DNA of 64,000 nucleotides, taken from positions 1,798,001 to 1,862,000 of the forward strand of contig NC_047080.1 in assembly GCF_902459465.1 (NCBI RefSeq), written 5' to 3'. Below are positions 57,001 through 64,000 of the stretch, one piece after another. The notes under the pieces were generated by a model that saw only the letters and a list, made by a program, of their open reading frames with translations, was not told where the DNA came from and did no database searches. The position numbers and the translations under genes were made by a program. Source of the DNA: Asterias rubens (lineage: Eukaryota). The number at the start of each line of letters is the position of its first letter. Position 1 is the first letter of the stretch.

Positions 57001-59534
57001 CCACAGGTCATTCGCATGCTAACAGAGAAAGCCAAGCAGCAAGAAGCACTCATCATCGACCTGGAGGAGCATGAGAAAGAACTCCTGGAGGTGGAAGCGG
57101 AGGCTGCTCTCCTCCGGCAGCAGACGGAATCATCTCGCGAAGAGATGCAGTCCATGGGTAAAGAGATCGAGCAACTCGAAGACAGGATAGAGCTGATGGA
57201 GAAAGAGAAGAAGGAGATTCTGAAGAATAAAGAACGGCTTGAGAGGATACTAGCTGAAGCGGCATACTCAATGCATAGGATACTTACAGTAAGTACTCTT
57301 GAATATCTGAGTAGATTCTGCAGACTCTCTTCAGATGGGAGTCTAAGCACGGAACAATTTTGCTTTAGCAGGTTAAAGTCTCTAGCCAAAATACTGAGCC
57401 CTTAACTTGAGCAAAATTTTCATAGAGCTGCTTAAGCACAAAAAGGTGGCTAAGCACAACAACAAAAATTCCTCACTAGAATGAGGTTCCCATCCAATAT
57501 AGCGTGTACCATTTTTAACTGGTTAGAGTTTGCCCTAAACTTTTTCATTGACTGGCCTTAAGGACCACTAAGTTTGTAATTTCACTGGTCTGTTCGCTCT
57601 TCTCCAGTCCAAGCGTTATATTAAAGAGAGTTGCTTTTTAACACTGAACTAGTAGCCAGCAGGACATAATTCTGACTGGTCCTCAGGTGTCTTATCTGGT
57701 ATTTGGCCGTTGGACCACGGTTAAGAGAGAACGCTGCTGGTATCCGGAAATTTTTTTCCTTAGCATAAAGCTGCTATTTGTTGCTTACTTAAGTAGCTCT
57801 ATGAAATTTGACCCAGTAAAGCAACTCTACACTTTCGAACTAAGTTTTTACTGCTTCCTTAAAGTAAGATTATTTATTTGAACCCATCAGTCGAGGCCAG
57901 AGGAAGGTGACGTCGAGGATGCAGACGAGGACGATGGGATTGAACAGCGTGACAGCATGCTTGAAAACCTCCTGGTCATCCTCAACAGTGCCGCTGCCAT
58001 CGGAGTTGGCCCATCACCAGCGAGCTTCTTGAGGGAAGAAGAAGCCATGTATCGGACGAAGAGTAGGCAGTCAAATATACCAGGATCGGGCAAGGGATTT
58101 CAACCAGGGTGAGTGAAAACTGTAGTGGCGAGTCTTGCTGACCCACTCTCAAGATACATTTAATAAACAGCAAAATTCAGGACATACTTTTAAGAAGTCC
58201 AGGGGCAAATTTCTTAGCACTGCTTAACAAGAAGCACATTTTTGTGGTCAATGTAGCGGAACAAATTGCTGAAGCCTAAGCGTATTTCATAGGTTTGCAA
58301 GAAAACGAGGCGGCAGGCTTGTACAATTACTGTCAATTTGCATTGTTACATCATTCCTGTGCTTACGGTCAGCAGCGCTATGAAATGGAAACTCGCACAG
58401 TAAGTAGTTAAGCAGCTCTGGGAAATTGGGCACAGAGATTTAACGTGACGAACTTGTCACATGTTTATACGTAGCTGTTATCATCTTTGTGTAATACAAA
58501 CTTGAGACAAAAACATGACTGAGTATTTTGTGAACATTATAAAACTGATGTGTAAACAAATTTCTAAGGGACAAATTTCTAAGGGATTGTATTGCTGGTA
58601 TTTACCATTTTAGAAAGTAATTCCAAGTATTTTGTTTATCACCTATAGCGTGGCACCCCTCTCACCGATCGCCAAGGGTCATGCACCACTGCCCCATTAC
58701 CAACTGGGAGACCTTGGTCTGGTGCCCAGACCCAAGCCTGCATCCTTCCAAGCTGATAAGATGAGGCAGCTATCAGCAACGAGTCGGTTGAACAGACTAC
58801 ATGGAGTCAAGACACGCTCTGTTGGGATCCAATCATCAAGTGGACCACAGGTAGAAAAAAAACTTCTTTTTCTTCCTCCAAAACGAAAATTCTGAATAAA
58901 CATGAAACACACCTGGGTGTGATTAGAACCCACTACCTTTGCATTGCTTGAGAAGTGAAGTTAAAAACCACAAGTTCCCTTGAATCACTTAACGGATGTA
59001 GTAGTCCTGGCTGATTTCCTACCTTCAACCCAGGTAGTAGTTTATAAGCAGGACAGTTCTTTTCAGAACTAAGTAATCGCCCGAATTCTGAAAACTACTC
59101 CACGGCAGTAGAATCAAAAGCAAGACCTAGTTCCCAAAAGAACAAAATCCACAATTTTGACGAGACCCCCACATGTCTACTGTTCGAGAACGGCCCTTTC
59201 TAGGGTTGAAACGTCTGCCCATTAACTATTTTTGCATTTACTCCATAGTTCCTTTTGCTTTATAAGCAGTTTGCAAGAGGTCATTCTATTTTCACAAAAC
59301 AAGTCTATCAATAAAAAAGTCAGTAGAAACCAATTTTAACCTAGTACTTCAATAACAACTTTTTGTTACTGATTTTCTCTCACCTTTTAGACACTGTTCT
59401 ACTCTGACCAGCTTCTTGGAGGAGGGACAAGCGCAGCTACATCAGCTCTAGTCAATGAACTCGCCATTAAGGGCCGCCGTCCATTAGGTCCAGTCAGAGC
59501 CCAAAGGAATGTTTCAAAATCACTGGTGCTTTAA
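54059..59534 (+). CDS. CFAP157: Cilia- and flagella-associated protein 157
   Basis: 8 phase-consistent exons: 54059-54225, 54853-55124, 55468-55621, 56284-56551, 57007-57288, 57891-58108, 58649-58850, 59391-59534. KEFFLIQIRDLEQRLFRYQRK, EFQETKDQLTSENMIL, KLASLEEF and YQLGDLGLVPR match remembered human CFAP157 (C9orf117). Confidence 0.95.
54367..54686. mobile_element. TTAA-flanked MITE, K1-related subfamily
   Basis: TTAA-AGCCATTGGACACTTTC...GAAAGTGTCCAATGGCT-TTAA. Confidence 0.88.
55628..55784. repeat. 31-bp minisatellite x5 (ACACAGTCTGTGATTGGTCAGTGGTTAAAGG)
   Basis: Starts 6 nt into CFAP157 intron 3. Confidence 0.95.
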
Positions 59535-61451
59535 GACTGGACTTAATAATATCTTCTTTGGACCGCTATGATGCCGCCATCTTCCCCTGTATGAAAAATT
59601 ACAACCATAACAAAAATACTGTTATTCATAACATAGAGAAGATTCTCCAAGTGCCCAATTTCATATTGTACAATTTCTTCTCTAACTTTATTACCCATTG
59701 AACATTTCTCCCCGCAAAATGGTGTTTTAAATGCTTTCATGATGGTTTGTATATGGAGGGGTGACTTAGTTAGGGGGCAACTTTGTAGCGGTGACTTTGT
59801 AGTGGGCGACTTTGCTTTGGGTTGAGATCACTGGTATTCAACTTAACCATTGCCCCAACCTAACCAATTTGAGTCAGGTTCTAAAACTGTAATGTACAAA
59901 TATTTCATCATGTTGAACAGTATGTCACAAATAAATCCTGCTTATTTCTATTGTGTAGCTTTGTTTTTGTTAAGATGATTAAATAATAACAATTAATAAA
60001 AACTTATACTTGATGTTTTGGCCTTCAATTATGCTTTGTTACTCATAAAAGTTCCGTCCAAATTATCTTTATTTCCATTGAAGAAATGAGTTGTAAATAA
60101 CAGTGCCCTATTCTCCTGCTATTTTTTAAATTGCTTGTACATAATGTATATACATGTATTTTGTGAGTAACTTTACTGTGTTGAATAAATTTGAATCAAT
60201 GCTAAGGACCAAAATTGTGTGTGTATTTATCATTTTGTTGTTAACATATCTTGAAGGGCAGTAACATTTCACAGATCTGCTTAAGCAGAAAACATTTGGT
60301 TAGAAATGTTCTGCTAAGCAAAAGTTAGCAGGATACCAGCCACAGATAGTACATAATGGGGTCAAATTTCATAAAGCCTTTAAGCGGAAAATACTGCTCA
60401 GCAGATTTGTTGCTAAGCAATAAATGAATTTGAACCTTTGGCAACTTGAAACTTTTTGCAGGTATTTCTTTTTCAGCCAAGCAAGTTCTTTTTCTGTGCT
60501 CAGCAAGTTATTCTGCTTAAAGTCTTTATAAAATTATACCCTGATGTTTTAGCTAGGAGCCGTGAGTTTTGAAAATTTCTCATCATTTTTTATTTTTGAA
60601 TGTTTTTTTTAATTTTGCAAATAAAGGTCTACTTAAATATTATAACACAAACATCAAACGACAATCCCCTTATTATTATTAGAATAATTAAATTGGAATC
60701 AGGAAAAAACAGATACACACGATAATGTGTGTAGGCCAGAAAACGGGGTTACATTTAGTCGCGGGCTTTCTGAATTTTGTTTTTCGGCGTTCCATACTAC
60801 CAAATGCTCCGGAAAGTTTTATATTATAGAACATGTAGTATGTGTCGATATAAAAGCACACCTTTAATTATACTCCACAAACAAAATAAATGTTGAGTAA
60901 TGTGAAAAATAGTAATAAAACAAATTTATTTTGTACAAATATTTTACAGACATTTCTAAAAGCAAAATTTAAAGAAACGCCAACTACACGTTTATAACTT
61001 ATTGGATGAGCGTTCGTCTGTTTGTTGAATCATTACTCGATAATTGATTGATGCGTCTGTAGCAACGGGGACACCTGTCGTGCAAAGTGTAAGTAGAGAC
61101 CCTTAAACAAAACATTTTTTAGGGAAACTGTTTGATCTAAAAGGGATTTTTTTTATGCAAAGGTTGCAGCTGTTTAACATATATGTTGAAACTTGATGTG
61201 TTTGATATGAGTTTTGAATACTGTTTTCAACAACAAGATATGCCATTGCTCGCACTCGGCAGGCAGTCAATGTATGCTGTGCCAAATGGAACGAGCAAGA
61301 TACTTCTTCGTGATGATTTTTTTCAGTACAAAGAGTGCGAATAAAATATGTAAGATATGCCGATTTTTAATTTTTTTAATAATTAATTTCATAACGAAGG
61401 AGTAATGGCAGGTAGTTGTCTGATATCAAATCATTATGGAAAATTTTGAAT

Positions 61452-61570
61452 AACTTTCTGTATGGCGCCACCACTTTTATTTTTACAAAAAGGGATATCT
61501 CATTGAGGTAAAATAGATACTATATTATTTCATATCGAATGAAAAAGTGGTTGCGCCATACGGAAACTTT
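61452..61570. mobile_element. Short palindromic MITE (AACTTTCTGTATGGCGCCACCACTTTT...AAAAGTGGTTGCGCCATACGGAAACTT)
   Basis: Inverted arms of about 27 bp are seen directly. Confidence 0.7.
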
Positions 61571-61667
61571 TCCAAAATTTTCAACAGTATTGTAAGGTAA
61601 TAAGTTTAATTTATTTATCATTCATCTATTTTTACATTGCAGTTAAATTTTGGAATAATCGTTCAAG

Positions 61668-63977
61668 ATGGTGATGGTAATTGCAGTGTTCGGTGCCTCA
61701 GGCACGCTGGGAAACTCTGTGGCACGAGCATTATTGAGAGATTCAACGCACTTTCAAGTGCGCGCAGTGACACGCAATCCGAACAATCCTGACGTATTGG
61801 CCTTAGCAGACAAGGGAGCAGTCGTCATCAAGGCTGATATGAATGATCGGGAAAGTCTGGTTCCTGCGCTTAAAGGAGCAGACGGGTGCTTTGTAGCAAC
61901 TAACGTACCATTTTCAGATCCGATGTGTCAGGAACTTGAATACCAGCAGGTGGGTTCACTTTACTCGTAGAACAGTAAGGTTGGTTCCACTATCATGGAG
62001 ACAAATACTGGAACGAACCTCGATAGTTCTAGGAGAAGGTTCACAATATGAAATCAAGGGAAGTTATTATATATCTTCAAAAGTGACTACATGTATACGT
62101 TTAACGTGTAGGCCTGAAGATGAGAAGTAGAATCTGATGATGAAGAAATGTCATTTTGTGGGGTGGAAAACCCCACACGAGGAAAGCCACACTATCAAGG
62201 GACTGAAAACCCAATCCACATGCAAGGCATGGATCCAAAGTGGGATTCGAACTGAGGTCCACAGAGGTGTAGGCTGGGAAGTAGTATCAATATAAAGCCA
62301 CTTTAATTCCTTGTAATTGAAATTCTTCATAAACCTTCAAATTTGCGATGTTATTAATCAGGCAGTTGGCAATATAACATTAAAATAGGATCTGGCATTA
62401 AAATTTTCAACAGAAATTCTTGTGAAAATTTCACCCCTGTTCTGTTTTGGCTTGTTTCTCCATACTGATATTTCCAAACAAAAACAGCAATATAAAATAA
62501 AATAGAATCTGGCATTAAAATTTAAAACAGAAATTTTTGTGAAAATTTCAACCCTGTTCTGTTTTTGCTTGTTTCTCTGTACTGATATTTCCAACAAACC
62601 ACTCATTTAGCTTGATCGCGTCTCATATATTTTAACAGGGAGAATGCGTGGCTGACGTTTGCATGGCCATGAAGGTAAAACACATCGTCTTCAATGCTCA
62701 AAGTCACGTCAGCAAGGTCATCGGAGTGAAAGCCAGACACTACGACGCAAAGGCCTACATTAATGACTACATGAACGAAAGGGAACTTCCACTCACCAGT
62801 GTTATCCTCCCATTTGCGTATGAGAACTTCCTCGGGGAATTCAAGCCGGAGAAATACCAGCAGCATGAGTACACCATTGGTAGGTTTCTGGCATGTTGTC
62901 TGTTGCTGGGGGCTGATCTGGACTCCTCAGCCAGTGTAATTTTGTTCAATGCATTGTGTATCTGGATGAATCTGCTACTCACTGAAAAGAGAGTGAATGT
63001 TTTGCGTATTTAATGTGAAATATGGACTTGACAAACCAGCAGGTCCTGCTGGGTAATCACTTGAAAAAGGTTAAAGGGCAAACCCTTAATTGCCTTGTTA
63101 TATTTTATGAAAAATAGAATTAGCTGTTGCAAACTGCTTACCAACCAAAAAGGCCTATTGTAAAAAATAATGCCCAAAATAGTTAATGGTCTGTTGTTTC
63201 CACCCTAGAAGAGTCTTTCTCAAAGATTTAGAAGAAAACAATAAAGAAAACAAAATTACCTGAAATGAAAACCAGCTTTTGTATTTTTGTTTTTATAAAT
63301 AGTGAAGTTTAATCATAACTTTTAAATTGTATTATTGTCAGGTATACCTATGGGAGACCTGCCCCTCAGCATGATGAGTGTCAAGCAACTAGGGGAAGCA
63401 GTGTATTTCATCTTCTGCAACCGTGCCAGCACCGTCGGAAAAACCTTCTCCCTAGTTGGTGACAAGCTCACAATAAAAGAAATTGCTTCCACTTTGACGT
63501 CGCACCTCAGACCTAATGTTGTCAGAGATATGAAGGTAATTTCGGGATGCCCTGGGATTTTTTAATGCAATTCTGTCGCAAACATGGCTAACATCCAGTG
63601 AACAGGGGCTACAAGGAGACAAATATTTAAAGATGAAAATAACTTGGGGAGCTGAAGATTCAAAGGATACACCTATGTATTAGAAATGCAGAGTACAAAA
63701 GACAGCAAAAAAGAGTGAACAAAAAATATCTTAATTTCCTAATACCCATTTTCTTGTTTTCTTTTATTTTCTGAAACAGATTACACTTCCGGAATTCCAG
63801 AAGCAGAACTGTTTGAACCCTGGCAATGATGACATCACCAACATGTTTGACTTTTTGCATAAAGTCACCCAAAGGTTCAGCATTGAGACTTCAAGAAAAC
63901 TAATCCCTGACCTTTTGACCTTTGACCAGTGGGTGTCTCAGAACAGGGAAACTATTTTAAAGCTAATTCTGAAATGA
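61668..63977 (+). CDS. NMRAL1: NmrA-like family domain-containing protein (NMRAL1/HSCARG-like), paralog B; 304 aa
   Basis: Exons 61668-61949, 62639-62879, 63342-63535, 63780-63977. Motifs VFGASGTLGNSV, VRAVTRNP, RHYDAK, YENF, LTFDQWV. A probable 5' UTR intron spans 61089-61642. Confidence 0.93.
62370..62596. repeat. About 118-bp tandem duplication in NmrA-like B intron 1
   Basis: Copies start at 62370 and 62488. Confidence 0.9.
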
Positions 63978-64000
63978 ATTGTTTTCTAAGGTACAATTTG

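Noticed and set aside
54059-59534. BBOF1/CCDC176 as identity of the Lys-rich coiled-coil gene
   Set aside because: The specific motifs IQIRDLE, FQETKDQLT.EN and GDLGLVPR match CFAP157 instead.

Overview
Eukaryotic, AT-rich, intron-dense genomic DNA from a marine invertebrate deuterostome, most likely an echinoderm such as a sea star (inference from a REJ-type polycystin, intron-rich gene models and the SINE/MITE families). No bacterial features, CRISPR arrays, rRNA genes or intact tRNA genes are supported. I spliced the exons by hand and checked phase across every junction. The gene order is: an Abl-like kinase whose 5' end only is present (-, myristoylated MGQQHGK first exon at 15109-14899, with about 15 kb of first intron running off the left edge); a 24-exon, about 2883-aa PKD1/REJ-family 11-TM polycystin (+, 15981-37908); QTRT2 (-, 38827-43743, with a U12-type intron); NmrA-like paralog A (+, 45654-47740); PIGC (-, 49296-52544); CFAP157 (+, 54059-59534); NmrA-like paralog B (+, 61668-63977). 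The first six genes form three consecutive head-to-head pairs. Introns are filled with tRNA-derived SINEs and several MITE families. The most interesting signals are: a possible array of alternative first exons for Abl (one resembling vertebrate ABL1 exon 1a, one next to a perfect RFX X-box); two independent splice-acceptor duplications in the polycystin gene (one adds 26 aa in frame, one would truncate before the GPS site); the minor-spliceosome intron in QTRT2; and divergence of the two NmrA paralogs at the HxxxK motif. Orthology calls rest on remembered protein sequences and still need BLAST and RNA-seq confirmation.
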